From Somniosus microcephalus (Eukaryota), in contig CM126216.1 of the NCBI GenBank assembly GCA_052327205.1, forward strand, positions 87,916,001-87,980,000: DNA of 64,000 bases. The letters are read 5' to 3'. The notes under the pieces are model-generated. The model searched no databases. It worked only from the letters and a program-made list of their open reading frames with translations, and had not been told where the DNA came from. This document shows, one piece after another, positions 1-12,431 of this stretch (position 1 is its first letter; each line of letters begins with the position of its first letter). A program made the position numbers and the translations under genes.

Positions 1-1296
1 TAGCAATGAAAGCCAACATTCCATTGGCCTTCTTAATCACTTGCTGTACCTGCATACTAACCTTTTGAGTTTTGTGCACCAGGACCCCCAGATCCCTTTG
101 TACTTCAGTACTTTCCAGTTTCTTGCCATTAAGATAATAACTTGCTCTACGATTTTTCCTGCCAAAGTGCATAACCTCACACTTTCCAGTATTGTATTCC
201 ATCTGCCAAATCTCTGCCCACTTACTTAGTCTGTCTATGTCCCCTTGCAGGTTTTTTATGTCCTCCTCAATCACTACTTTCCCTCCCATCTTAGTATCAT
301 CTGCAAACTTTGATATGTTACACTCGGTCCCCTCCTCCAAATCGTTAATATAGATTGTAAAGAGTTGGGGACCCAGCACTGACCCCTGCGGAACACCACT
401 AGTTACTGATTGCCAGTCTGAGAATGAACCATTTATCCCAACTCTCTGCCTTCTGTTAGATAGCCAATCCTCTATCCATGCCAGAATATTACCCCCAATC
501 CCGTGATTTTTTATCTTAAGCAATAATCTTTTGTGTGGCACCTTGTCAAATGCCTTTTGGAAGTCTAAATACACTACGTCCACTGGATCCCCTTTATCCA
601 CCCTATATGTTACTTCCTCAAAGAACTCCAGCAAATTTGTCAAACATGACTTCCCCTTCATAAAACCATGCTGACTTTGTCCTATTAAATTATGATTATC
701 CAAATGTCCTGTTACTGTCTCCTTAATAATGGACTCCAAAATGTTACCTACCACAGATGTTAGGCTAACCAGTCTATAGTTTCCAGCCTTCTGTCTACTG
801 CCCTTTTTAAATAAGGGTGTTACATTAGCAGTTTTCCAGTCTGCCGGGACCTTTGCTGAGTCCAGGGAGTTTTGGAAAATTATTACTAATGCATCCACAA
901 TCCCTACCGCCATTTCCCTCAAGACCCTAGGATGTAAGCCATCAGGTCCAGGTGATTTATCCGCCTTGAGTCCCATTATTTTACCGAGTACCACTTCCTT
1001 AGTGATTTTGATCGTGTTTAGCTCCTCCCCCCCCTATAGCCCCCTGTTTGTCCAGTGTTGGGATATTCTTAGTGTCCTCTACTGTAAAGACTGATACAAA
1101 ATATTCATTCAGTGTTTTTGCCATCTCCATATTTCCCACCATTAATTTCCCGGTCTCATCCTCTAAGGGACCAACATTTACTTTAGCCACCCTTTTTCTT
1201 TTTATATAACTATAAAAACTCTTACTATCTGTTTTTATATTTTTTGCGAATTTACTTTCAGAATCTATCTTCCCTTTCTTAATCAATCTTTTTGAT
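1..1296 (-). mobile_element. CR1-clade (HER1-like) LINE, ORF2 fragment, 5'-truncated and running off the window
   Basis: ORF 999..1328 (KGKIDSESKFAKNIKTDSKSFYSYIK...YFVSVFT) matches the CR1 ORF2 at 9497..10780. Downstream minus-strand sequence parallels the RT region of the other CR1 copies. Confidence 0.93.
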
Positions 1297-1403
1297 TCCT
1301 CCCCTTTTAGATAAACAGTACATAACATTCATTTAACAATTAAATAATAACTAATTACAATTACAATTTTCTCTGTACTATATACATCAACTGAAATAAT
1401 CAT

Positions 1404-4400
1404 TTATAAGTTCAGTCTTTGAGGAGGCTTCCTGATCCTGACTGGATAGCGCCTTTCTCGAGTATCCTGTTCTTGCGGCGGAGTTGATTCTGGCTCATTG
1501 TCATTGGTTGGTTCGTCAGCTTCCAATACCGCTGATTCTGAGGTAGACGCAATCTGTACTTCGGGTTCATTACCAGGTGCACATGCTCGTGGTATGGGTT
1601 TGGCTTGTTCCTGTGACTCTAGAACCTGGTCAGCATGGCGTCTCACGATGCTCTCTCCAACGTCCACTGTATACATTAGTGGTCCCTGCTGTGTGCATAT
1701 CGTTCCTGGCTGCCATTTTTCTGTTCGGTAGTCACGGGCCAAGACTGGTTGCCCTATCTTGAAGCTCCTGGTTGGCTTCTCATTGATGTGCTGGAATTGT
1801 GGAATTGCTTATCCTCAACATCTCGTCTTATGTTTGGTTTGAGCAAATCCAGGCGACATCTTAGCCTTCGGTTGAAAAACATTATGGCTGGAGCTTGGTT
1901 GGTGACTGCATGTGTCGCATTTCGGTAAGCAAACAAGAAATTATCCACCTTGTGTTGTAGTGGTATGTCGTCGTTATACATCGCCTTTATTGCCTTTTTA
2001 AAGGTCTGAACAAACCTCTCAGCCAATCCATTTGTGGCTGGATGATATGGGGCAGATGTGTAATGTTTCACCCCATTATTCCTCAGAAACCTCCGGAAAT
2101 CCTCGGACACAAACTGTGGTCCATTGTTGGAGCAAATCTGTTCTGGCAAGCCATTCCTGGCGAAGATGGTCCGTAGGACTGCAATAGTTTTCTCCGTGGT
2201 GGTGGAGGACATTTTGATGACCTCTGGCCATTTCAAATGGGCATCCACGGCGATTAAAAACATTGAGTCCATAAATGGACCAGCAAAATCAACCTGTTGC
2301 CATGGAGATGAGGGCCACTCCCATGGGTGTAGCGGGGCCTGTGGTGGAGCGTTTTGGACCTTCTGGCATCCTGTGCATCTCTTGGTCATATCCTTGATTT
2401 CTTTATCGATTCCCGGCCACCACACAAACGCCCTGGCTAGGCTCTTCATTTTTACCCCTCCCAGATGACCCTCATGAAGCTCACTGAGCACTCTATCTCT
2501 CAACTTGGGTGGAATTACCACTCGGGATCCACACATCAAGGTCCCCCGGCACACTGACAGCTGTTCTCTCCTTGGCGAGAATGCTGGCAACAGTGAGTCG
2601 CCATGTGCTGGCCATCCCTTCACCGTCAAATCATAGACCCGAGAGTGTGTCGGGTCATTTCGGGTTTCCTTCTCTATACTTGAGTTTGTAACAGGTAGAC
2701 ATTCGACTATGGTCGAATGGAATATCTCAACAGGGTCCACTGCAGGTGCTTCCTCCACCGTAGGCAACGGTAGCCGCGACAGCCCATCAGCATTTCCATG
2801 CTGTTTCGTACCCTTGTACTCTATGTCGTACTGATGTGCCCCTAGAAAAAGTGACCATCTTTGCAGCCGTTGCGCCGTCATCACCGGAACGCCCTTCTTT
2901 GGGTTAAAAAATGGAGACCAGAGGCTGATGATCAGTCAGTAGGGTGAATTTCTGCCCGTGCAGATAGTGATTGAACTTCTTCACCCCCCACACCAGGCTG
3001 AGGGCCTCCCTGTCAATCTGGGCGTAGTTACGCTCGGCTGAGGTTAACGAGCGTGACGCAAAGGCTATTGGCCTCTCTGAACCGTCAAGGAATTTGAGTG
3101 ACAGCACCGCTCCAATGCTGTAGGGAGACGCATCACATGCCAACCGAATCGGTAGTGTTGGATTGTAGTGGGCCAATACTTCTTTTGAAGTGATTAGGCA
3201 TTTACATTTCTGAAAGGCACGCTTACACTCATCACTCCATTTCCATGTTACTCCAGTTTGCAGCAGGGCGTTCAGTGGGTGCAGAATTGTAGATAAATTC
3301 GGCAAGAACTTATGGTAGTAGTTCACCAACCCGAGGAACGACCTCAGTTGCGACACATTTTCCGGTGCTGGAGCCTTGACTACTGCCTCAATCTTGTCTG
3401 GGGACTTATGCAACCCTTCCTCATCAATCATGTGGCCACAATATGAGATTTGTCTCCTGAAGAACTCGCATTTGGGGCGGTTGGCTCATAGCCCATATTC
3501 TTGTATTCTAGTGAGCACCTGCTCCAGGTTGGCAAGGTGTTCACTGTCATTTTTGCCCGTAACCAGGATGTCGTCCAAACAACACTGGGTTCCCGGGATC
3601 CCTTGCAGGACTTGTTCCATCGCCCTATGCCAAATAGCCGGGGCTGATGCTACCCCGAATACCAGTCGGTTATACCGGTAAAGACCTTTGTGAGTGTTTA
3701 TCGTGAGGTATTTCCTAGATGCTTCTTCCACCTCCATTTGTAGATACGCTTGGGCCAGATCAATCTTCGTAAAGCGTTTCCCTCCAGATAGTGAGGCGAA
3801 AATATCTTCTATCCGTGGAAGTGGATATTGTACTGAGTGCAGGACTGGGTTCACAGTTACCTTGAAGTCCCCACGGATGCGAACCTTCTTCGGCTCCCCA
3901 GGCATGCTGCTCAATGATTTCTTCATTACAGGAACGATGGGTGTGGCCCACTTGCTCCAGTCCACCTTGGACAGCACACCTGAACGCTCCAGACTCTCCA
4001 GCTCTGCTTCAACGGCTGGGCAGATCGCGTACGGTACCGGTCTGGCCTTAAAAAATTTTGGGTTTGCGTTATCTTTGAATTTTATCATTGCCGTTACTCC
4101 TTTTAGAGTCCCAAGTCCTTGTTGGAACACCTCTTTCACGTCAGTTAGAATTTTTGACAGTCGTCCAGGTGTGACGTCGTCATCCTTTTTGTCAGTCACA
4201 GTTAGCGCCTGAATGGAATGCCAATCCAATTGTATTTTTCGGATCATTTCACGTCCCAGTAATGGTGGTCCTCCATCTTGTAGTATATATAGATACAGTT
4301 TCTGTGTTTCCTTGCCGTTGTATTTAACTGGCACCCTTATTTTTCCTCTGGGGTAGACTTTTTGCCCCGTGTATGTCTTCAATACAATGGACGTGTCCTT

Positions 4401-4544
4401 CAAGGGTATGTGTGAGAATAGCCGCTCATAGTCTCGTCGATTCATTACAGTTAGGGCTGATCCTGTGTCCAATGCCATCTTTACTTGGGACCCTGCTATC
4501 ATGAGGGTGACCCAAATGGTTCGGTGATCCTTCTTTGCGATCAC
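1404..4544 (-). pseudogene. Gypsy pol (protease, RT, RNase H, integrase), broken into 4 ORFs
   Basis: LDTGS protease; RT with CLDD in place of YLDD; RNase H CDAS...DREAL; integrase HEGH..CTGC and D-(SNNG)-E with a D to N change. Stops and frameshifts separate ORFs 3486..4544, 2904..3431, 1754..2884 and 1404..1742. Confidence 0.93.
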
Positions 4545-4564
4545 GTTGTGTAACTTTAGACAAC

Positions 4565-5362
4565 TTAGTCTCCTGCTCCCAGAGTTATTATCACTTCTCC
4601 TGATCTTCTGAACTGCTGTCTGTCATTTTTTTTTACTTTCTTGTACTTTTCCTTAGTAGTTCTTTTAGTGTTGGTTTTCTTTCCCGACCTGCAGACTCTT
4701 GCTATGTGTCCCATTTTCCCACATTGCCTGCATACTTTGTCCTTAAACCAGCAGTCCTTCTGATCATGGGTTGTTCTGCCGCAGCGATAGCACTTTTCTG
4801 CTCCATATGCCATTTCGTTAGTGCTGTATTCTTGTGGTTTCTGTTGTATTTCCGCAGCTCCCCGTGCTGCTGCTTCGTAGGATACTGCCACGCTGAAAGC
4901 CTGTTCTAGCATCAGGTCCTTTTCCGAAAGTAATCGTTTCTGGGTTCCTTCACTCTGGAGCCCGCAGACAAACTTATCCCTTAAGGTGTCTGCCAGTCCT
5001 GCTCCGAACTGGCAGTGCTTTGATAACTTGCGTAGTTCCGTAAGATAGTCAGCATTGCTCTCATCTTTGTGCTGGTTTCTTTTATGGAACTTGAATCTTT
5101 CTGCTATCAGCAGCGGTGTAGGGTTTAGGTGTTCCTGTAAGATATTAACAATCTCTTCCAAACTTTTCTCCATTGGTTTAGCTGGGGTAATTAAATTCCG
5201 CAATAGGCCGTACGTCCTCGCGCCCATCAAATTTAATAATACCGACGCCTTCTTTCCATCGGCCACCTCATTTGCCTTGCAGTACACTTCAATTCTTTCC
5301 ACATATGTGGTCCAGTCTTCTACCTCGTTGTCGAAAGCAGTGATACTGCCACTCTTCGGCAT
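4565..5362 (-). pseudogene. Gypsy gag with two zinc knuckles
   Basis: ORF 4565..5452: FDNEVEDWTTYVERIE... and CYRCGRTTHDQKDC / CRQCGKMGHIARVC; likely start MPKSG at ~5362. Confidence 0.88.
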
Positions 5363-5372
5363 CTTGGGTGGT

Positions 5373-5492
5373 TTAAAATGGCGCCTCCCGTGCTTTTTCT
5401 TCTTCCCCAATGGATTAAAATGGCACCTCCCGCGCTTTTCCTTCTTCCCCAATGGAATAAAATGGCGCCTCCCGCGCTTTTCCTTCTTCCCC
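5373..5492. repeat. ~42-bp tandem repeat x3 in the Gypsy leader
   Basis: Unit aaaatggcgcctcccgcgcttttccttcttccccaatgga(a/t)t repeated three times. Confidence 0.9.
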
Positions 5493-5956
5493 TTGCTGCC
5501 ACGCTGCTCCTAGCGTTCTACAGGATAATGGCGGCGACCCGCGGCTTCGGCGCGTCTCTCTTTTCCTTCCCCTCGTTTTATTTCCTCTACGCTGCCCAGT
5601 TCTTGAGCACCAACCGCGCCCTGTGCGCTCCACCCTCTCTCTCTCTCTTTTCCTCCCGACGACGCTGCATGGCCCCTTTGCAGAGCTGCTCGATCGAGCT
5701 CGAGCCCGCCGCAGTCCGGAAGGGTCAGCGCACTACCTGCTACCAGCACGATTTGCTGAAACACCTTGACTGGGGAGCCAAGCCCAGCTCTCCACAGCTT
5801 CCCCTGCAATTCTCCGAACTCCGATGGATCCCTGGGCGGTTGCCCGCGGTCGACGCCCATTGCTCTGACTTCGACCTCCAAGAAGCTTCTTTTCAGGGAA
5901 AGATCCCCGTGAGGTGATGCAGTACCGCAGGTGAGTTCGAACCTGCTCGTCGCCAG

Positions 5957-6138
5957 TGCAGTGTCCGCGTATCAATAATACACGGACTGCAGGAGAACAA
6001 TAATAACAGATATTTACTGAACAGAGGGTAAGCTTAAAACTGAAAGTACAGAAGCCTGCTATGGCTTTATATACAGGTGTGGTCACTGCCGATACTACAG
6101 TATACAATCAGTTCTCTCTTAAAGGTACATACACAACA
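5957..6138 (-). repeat. 5' LTR of Gypsy element (~182 bp)
   Basis: Minus strand starts TGTTGTGT, ends ACTGCA one base before the PBS, and contains TATATAAA. Confidence 0.85.
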
Positions 6139-7868
6139 GTTTCAATGAGATCCCCACTCATTCTTCTAAACTCTAGTGAATGCAGGCCTAGTCGACCCAA
6201 TCTCTCCTCATACGACAGTCCTGCCATCCCAGGAATCAGTCTGGTGAACCTTTGCTGCACTCCCTCTATGGCAAGTATATCCTTTCTTAGGTATGGAGAA
6301 CAAAACTGCACACAGTGCTCCAGGTGTGGTCTCACCAAGGCCCTGTACAACTCTAGTAAGACATCCTTGCTCCTGTACTCAAATCCTCTTGCAATGAAGG
6401 CCAACATAGCATTTGCCTTCCTAACTGCTTGCTGCACCTGCATGTTTGCTTTCAGTGACTGGTGTGCAAGGATACCTAGGCCCCTTTGTACATCAGCATT
6501 TCCCAATCAATCACCATTTAAATAATACTCCTACCTTTCTGTTTTTCCTACCAAAGTGGATAACTTCACATTTATCCATGTTATACTGCATTTGCCATGT
6601 ATTTGCCCACTCACTCAACTTGTCTAAATCGCCTTGAAGCCTCTTTGCATCCTCCTCACAACTCACAATCCCACCTAGTTTCATGTCGTCAGCAAACTTG
6701 GAAATATTACATTTGGTTCCCTCATCCAAATCATTGATATATATTGTGAATAGCTGGGGCCCAAGCACTGATCCCTGCGGTACCCGACTTGTCACCGCCT
6801 GCCACCCTGAAAAAGACCCATTTATTCTTACTCTCTGTTTCCTGTCTGTTAACCAATTTTCAATCCATGCCAGTATATTACCCACAATCCCATGTGCTTT
6901 AATTTGGCACACTAACATCTTATGTGGGACTTTATCAAAGGCCTGAAAATCCAAATTACACCACATCCACTGGTTCTCCCTTATCTATTCTACCAGTTAC
7001 ATCCTCAAAAAACTCCAGTAGGTTTGTCAAACATGATTTCCCTTTCATAAATCCATGCTGACTTTGTCTAATCCTGTTGATATTTTCTAAGTGTCCTGTT
7101 ATCACATCCTTTATAATAAATTTAGCATTTTCCCTACTACTGATGTTAGGCTAACCGGTCTATAATTCCCTGTTTTCTCTCTCCCTCCTTTTTTAAATAG
7201 TGGGGTTACATTTGCCACCCTCCAATCTGCAGGAACTGTTCCATAATCTATCAAATTTTGGAAGATGACAACTCATGCATTCACTATTTCCATGGCTACC
7301 TCTTTTAGTACTCTGGGATGCAGATCATTGGGCCCTGGAGATTTATCAGCTTTCAGTCCCATTAATTTCTTCAGCACTATTTTTTTACTAATACTAATTT
7401 CCTTTAATTCCTCCTTCTCACTAGACCCTTGGTTCCCTAGCATTTCTGGGAAGTTATTTGTGTCCTCTTCCGTGAAGACAGAACCAAAGTATTTGTTTCA
7501 TTGCTCAGTCATTTCCTTGTTCCCCATTATAAATTCTCCCGTTTCTGACTGTTAAGGGACCTACATTTGTCTTCACTAATTTTTTTCTTTTTACGTACTT
7601 GTAGAAGCTTTTACATTACAATCTGCTTTTATGTTCCTTGCAAGTTTACTCTCGTACTCTATTTTTCCCCTCTTAATCAATCTCTTGATCCTTTTTTGCT
7701 AAACTCTAAACTGCTCCCAATCCTCAGGCTTGCTACTTTTTCTGGCAACTTTATATGACTCCTCTTTGGATCTAAGACTATCCTTAATTTCTTTTGTTAG
7801 CCATGGTTGGGCCGCTTTTCCTTTTGTGTTTTTGCGACAGAAAGGAATGTACAACTGTTGCAATTCTG
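6139..7868 (-). mobile_element. CR1-clade LINE ORF2 fragment, interrupted at its 3' part by the Gypsy LTR
   Basis: ORFs 6511..6966 (PQGSVLGP, FADD) and 6108..6506 (RPHLE..RRMSGDLIET); the LTR TG starts right after GDLIET. Confidence 0.93.
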
Positions 7869-8639
7869 TAACTGAGAACAACTGAAAACAAAAAGTCGTA
7901 TTGCATAGACCTGCAAAAGGATAGTGCCATTTTTTACCACCACCTTCAACTCAAGGAGGTAGTGACAGAATAATAGCAAAAGGTGTTTACTATGCAGTGG
8001 TAACAGTTCTGCGAAATTTGTCTTAATACAGCAGTCAAAATCAGCAAAGTGCACCTAACAGCTTAACAACATACTCCATCTCATCTCTGCTGGTGTGTGT
8101 TGCTGCGGCAATTTTTAAAGCTGACAAATTAACACTATTTCATATGTTTCTTGATGTTTTCACCCAGAACTGAATTAAACGCTCTTGGGGATAGTTGTGC
8201 TGCAGAAAATGACAGGATTACCATTAGGATTCTGTGCAAATCTGAGGGCCCACAGAACTGTTTAAACAACTGTACTCTGAAAGATTAGGTAAAATGTTTC
8301 ATTTATTTGGTTCCATGCAATCATACGTGGAGTTTGGCTGAAGCAGCATCACTAAATTGTACGGGTTTTTCATGGTTAGCATGTATTTATTATCCTCTGC
8401 TTTCTTGTCAGTAGTAACAGGGTATTGAGCCTACCATCGTGATACCTCTGAAGTGGGAAAGACTTGTAATTCAAGACCACTGCAGCTGTGAGTGAATCAT
8501 GAGGTCTTTCTCATGTAACCAAACATAGTGATGCACAGATGCAGGTACAATAATACACTTTGAATGCTTTGAAACAGAAATAAATGGTGAACATATAGGT
8601 CGTAATAAATAATCTTGGCTACTAAGATGTTTTCTTTCT

Positions 8640-11600
8640 TGTGCCATCCATTCCGATGTCCTAGGGGGAGTGTTTGCTAATGCTCTGGAGGAGGGTTTAA
8701 ACTAAAATGGCAGGGGGTTGGGAACCTGAGCGGAGAGACAGAGGAAAGGTAAACAAGGATAAAAGCAAAAGACAGGAAGGAGAAAATCAAAAGTGGCAGG
8801 CAGAGAAATCAAGGGTTTAAATCAAACATGGCCACAGTAAATATTAATTCTAAAAGATCTAAGGGGGAGAAATTGGGTGGAGCCACAAACAGGGCGCCAA
8901 GCTCGCCTGGGCGCCAGATTTTGCGCTGCGATTGGAGCAGCAGCGATCGCCGGAAATTCAGCTTGAGCGCCCCAAGAGGGACACAGGGCGAGGCTCGAGA
9001 CGCTCCGCGTCCCTCTTAGGGCGCTGAAACTGAATATCGCAGCGCAACGTGCCACAGCGCCACATGCTGCGGCACAGCGCACTGCGGTACTGCAGGCCTT
9101 CCTCTCATTCTTAAGGGGGAGGGGCCTGCACCAGCGGGATGAGCGATCGCGAGTGCCGGCAAAAGAGCCGCGGGGGGAGAACAGGAGGCCGGGGACGGAG
9201 GTGCTGGCAGGCGGCCGCCGAAAAAAACAGCCGCCCCGCACCGCCACCTTAATTTGCGCCACTGCCGCCACAGGTAGGCCCCGTGAACCGGGCGTGATTA
9301 GCGAGCGGCGCTACAGAGGCGGTCGCTGCCAAATATCGCGATCGGGGCGGTAGGGGGGCGCTGCGCACGCCGATGACGTCATCGGTGGCGGCGCAGCGCA
9401 ACAGGCTAACGCCGCCATTAGCGCCCCAGCTAAATATCGCGGGAGGCATGGCCAGCGGTGCTAAAGCCACTGAGTGCACTCTTTAGGCGCTAACTGGTGG
9501 TGCAGCCCACCGAATTTCTCCCCCTAAGAGCGTTTAAAAAAACAAGCCTGAAGGCTTTGTGTCTTAATGCGTGGAGCATTTGTAATAAGGTGGCTGAATT
9601 AGCTGCGCAAATAGAGGTAAACGAATATGATATGATTGGGATTACGGAAACATGGCTCCAGGGTGGCCAAAGCTGGGAACTCAATATCCCGGGATATTCA
9701 ATATTCAGGAAAGATAGGCAAAAAGGAAAAGGAGGTGGAGTAGCATTGCTGGTTAAAGAGGGGATTAACACAATTGAAAGGAAGGATATTAGCTCTGATG
9801 ATGTGGAATCTGTATGGGTAGAACTGAAAAAAACCAAGGGGCAGAAAACATTAGTGGGAGTGGTATATAGACCTCCAAACAGTAATGCGGAGGTCAGGGA
9901 TGGCATCAAACGGGAAATTAGAGAAGCGTACAATAAGGGCACAGCAGTTATCATGGGTGACTTTAATCTACATATAGATTGGGCTAACCAAATTAGTAAC
10001 AATACTGTGGAGGAGGAATTCCTGGAGTGTATACGGGATGGTTTCCTGGACCAATATGTCGAGGAACCAACTAGAGATCAGGCCATCTTAGACTGGGTAT
10101 TATGTAATGAGAAAGGATTAATTAGCAATATTTTTGTGCGAGGCCCCTTGGGTCAGAGCGATCATCATATGATAGAATTCTTCATTAAGATGGAGAGTGA
10201 AATAGTTGACTTGGAGACTAGGGTCCTGAATTTAAATAAAGGAGACTACGATGGTATGAGGCGCGAGTTGGGTAGGATTGATTGGGGAATGACACTCACA
10301 GGGTTGACGGTGGATGGGCAATGGCAAACATTCAAAGATCGCATGGATGAACTACAAAATTTGTTCATCCCAATTTGGCATAAAAATAAAACAAAAAAGG
10401 TGACCCAACCGTGGCTAACAAGGGAAATTAGGGATAGCATAAGATCCAAGGAGAGGACATATAAATTGGCCAGAAAAAGCCATAAACCTGAGGATTGGGA
10501 GCAGTTTAGGATTCAACAAAGGAGGACAAAGGGATTAATTAAAAGGGGGAAAATAGAGTATGAGAGTAAGCTTTCAGGGAACATAAAAACTGACTGTAAA
10601 AGCTTTTATAGATATGTGAAGAGAAAAAGATTGGTGAAGTCAAGCATAGGTCCCTTGCAGTCAGAATCAGGGGAATTTATAATGGGGAACAAAGAAATGG
10701 CAGACCAATTAAATACATACTTTGGTTCTGTCTTCACAAAGGAGGACACAAATAACCTCCCAAGATGTCGGGGAACATAGGGTCTAATGACAGGGAGGAA
10801 CTGATAGAAATCAGTATTTGTAGGGAAATGGTGTTAGGGAAATTGATGGGATTGAGGCCTGATAAATCCCCAGGGCCTGATAATCTACATTCTAGGGTAC
10901 TTAAGGAAGTGGCCCTAGAAATAGTAGATGCATTGCGGGTCATCTTCCAAAATTCTATAGACTCTGGAACAGTACCCATGGATTGGCGGGTAGCTAATGT
11001 TACCCCACTGTTCAAAAAGGGTGGTAGAGAGAAAACGGGGAATTACAGACCGGTAAGCTTGACATCGGTAGTGGGGAAAATGCTAGAGTCCATTATAAAG
11101 GATGTAATAGCAGAACACTTGGAAAAAAGTGACCGGATCGGACAAAGTCAACATGGTAAATCATGCTTGACTAATCTACTGGAATTTTTTGAGGATGTAA
11201 CTGGTAAAATAGATAAGGGAGAACCAGTGGATGTGGTGTATTTGGATTTTCAAAAGGCTTTCGATAAGGTCCTGCATAAGAGATTAGCAAGGCACATGGG
11301 ATTCGGGGCAAGGTATTGACTTGAATAGAGAACTGGTTGGCAGACAGAAAGCAAAGAGTTGGAATAAACGGGTCTTTTCCGAGTGGCAGGCAGTGACTAG
11401 TGGGGTACCGCAGGGATCGGTCCTTGGACCCCAGCTATTCACAATATATATTAATGATCTGGATGAGGGAACTAGATGTAATATCTCCAAATTTGCAGAC
11501 AACACAAAGCTGGGTGGGCGTGTGTGCTGTGAGGAGGATACCGAGAAACTCCAGTATGATTTGGACAGGTTGGGTGATTGGGCAGAAGCATGGCAGATGC

Positions 11601-12431
11601 AATGTAATGTGGATAAATGTGAGGTTATCCACTTTGGTGTCAAAAACAGGAAGGCAAATTATTATCTGAATGGCAATAGATTGGGAGAAGGGGAAGTGCA
11701 ACGAGACCTGGGCGTCCTTGTGCACCAATTGCTGAAAGTAAGCATGCAGGTGCAGCAGGCGGTTAAGAAGGCAGATGGTATGTTGGCCTTCGTAGCGAGA
11801 GGGTTTGAGTACAGGAACAAGGATGTCTTGCTGCAGTTGTACAGGGCCTTGGTGAGACCACATCTGGAGTATTGTGTGCAGTTTTGGTCGCCTTATCTGA
11901 GGAACGATGTTCTAGCCATGGAAGGAGTGCAGCGAAGATTCACCAGGCTGATACCTGGGATAGCAGGAATAATGTATGAGGAGAGATTGGGTCGATTGGG
12001 CTTGTACTCACTGGAGTTTAGAAGAATGAGAGGGGATCTCATAGAAACTTATAAAATTCTAACAGGACTAGACAGACTAGATGCTGGAAGGATGTTCCCG
12101 ATGGTCGGGGAGTCCAGAACCAGAGGTCACAGCCTAAGGATAAGGGGTAAGCCATTTAGGACAGAGATGAGGAGGAATTTCTTCACCCAGAGAGTGGTGA
12201 ACTTGTGGAATTCTCTACCAAAGAAGGCAGTAGAGGCCAATTCATTAAATATATTCAAGAAGGAGTTGGATATATTTCTTAAGGCTAGGGGGATCAAGGG
12301 ATATGGAGAGAAGGCAGGAACAGGGTACTAAATTTGGACGATCAGCCATGATCTCATTGAATGGCGGAGCAGGCTCGAGGGGCTGAATGGCCTACTCTTG
12401 CTCCTATCTTTTATGTTTCTATGTTTCTATG
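8640..12431 (+). mobile_element. Near full-length CR1-clade (HER1-like) LINE: end of ORF1, ORF2 (APE+RT) with frameshifts, 3' UTR and (TTTCTATG)n-type tail
   Basis: ORF1 end gagggtttaaactaa at ~8691-8705. APE motifs GITETW, GDFN, SDH (9497..10780); RT (10765..11319, 11321..12331); tail ttatgtttctatgtttctatg at ~12411-12431. Confidence 0.95.
8863..9524. mobile_element. Non-autonomous PIF/Harbinger MITE (662 bp) nested in CR1
   Basis: TIR GGGGGAGAAATT / AATTTCTCCCCC; TAA target duplication at 8860-8862 and 9525-9527; GC-rich interior. Confidence 0.92.

Larger units (their letters stand above)
1297..6138 (-). mobile_element. Gypsy (Mag/SURL-like) LTR retrotransposon, decayed; 3' LTR absent from the window
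   Basis: Order gag-PR-RT-RH-IN. 5' LTR TG..CA at 5957-6138, PBS TGGCGACGAG at 5946-5955, PPT AAAAGGGGAGGA at ~1297-1308. Confidence 0.95.

Noticed and set aside
5055-5917. Long antisense/overlapping ORFs in the Gypsy leader (likewise in Harbinger and Gypsy 2 interiors)
   Set aside because: By-products of GC-rich or repetitive sequence opposite real TE ORFs.
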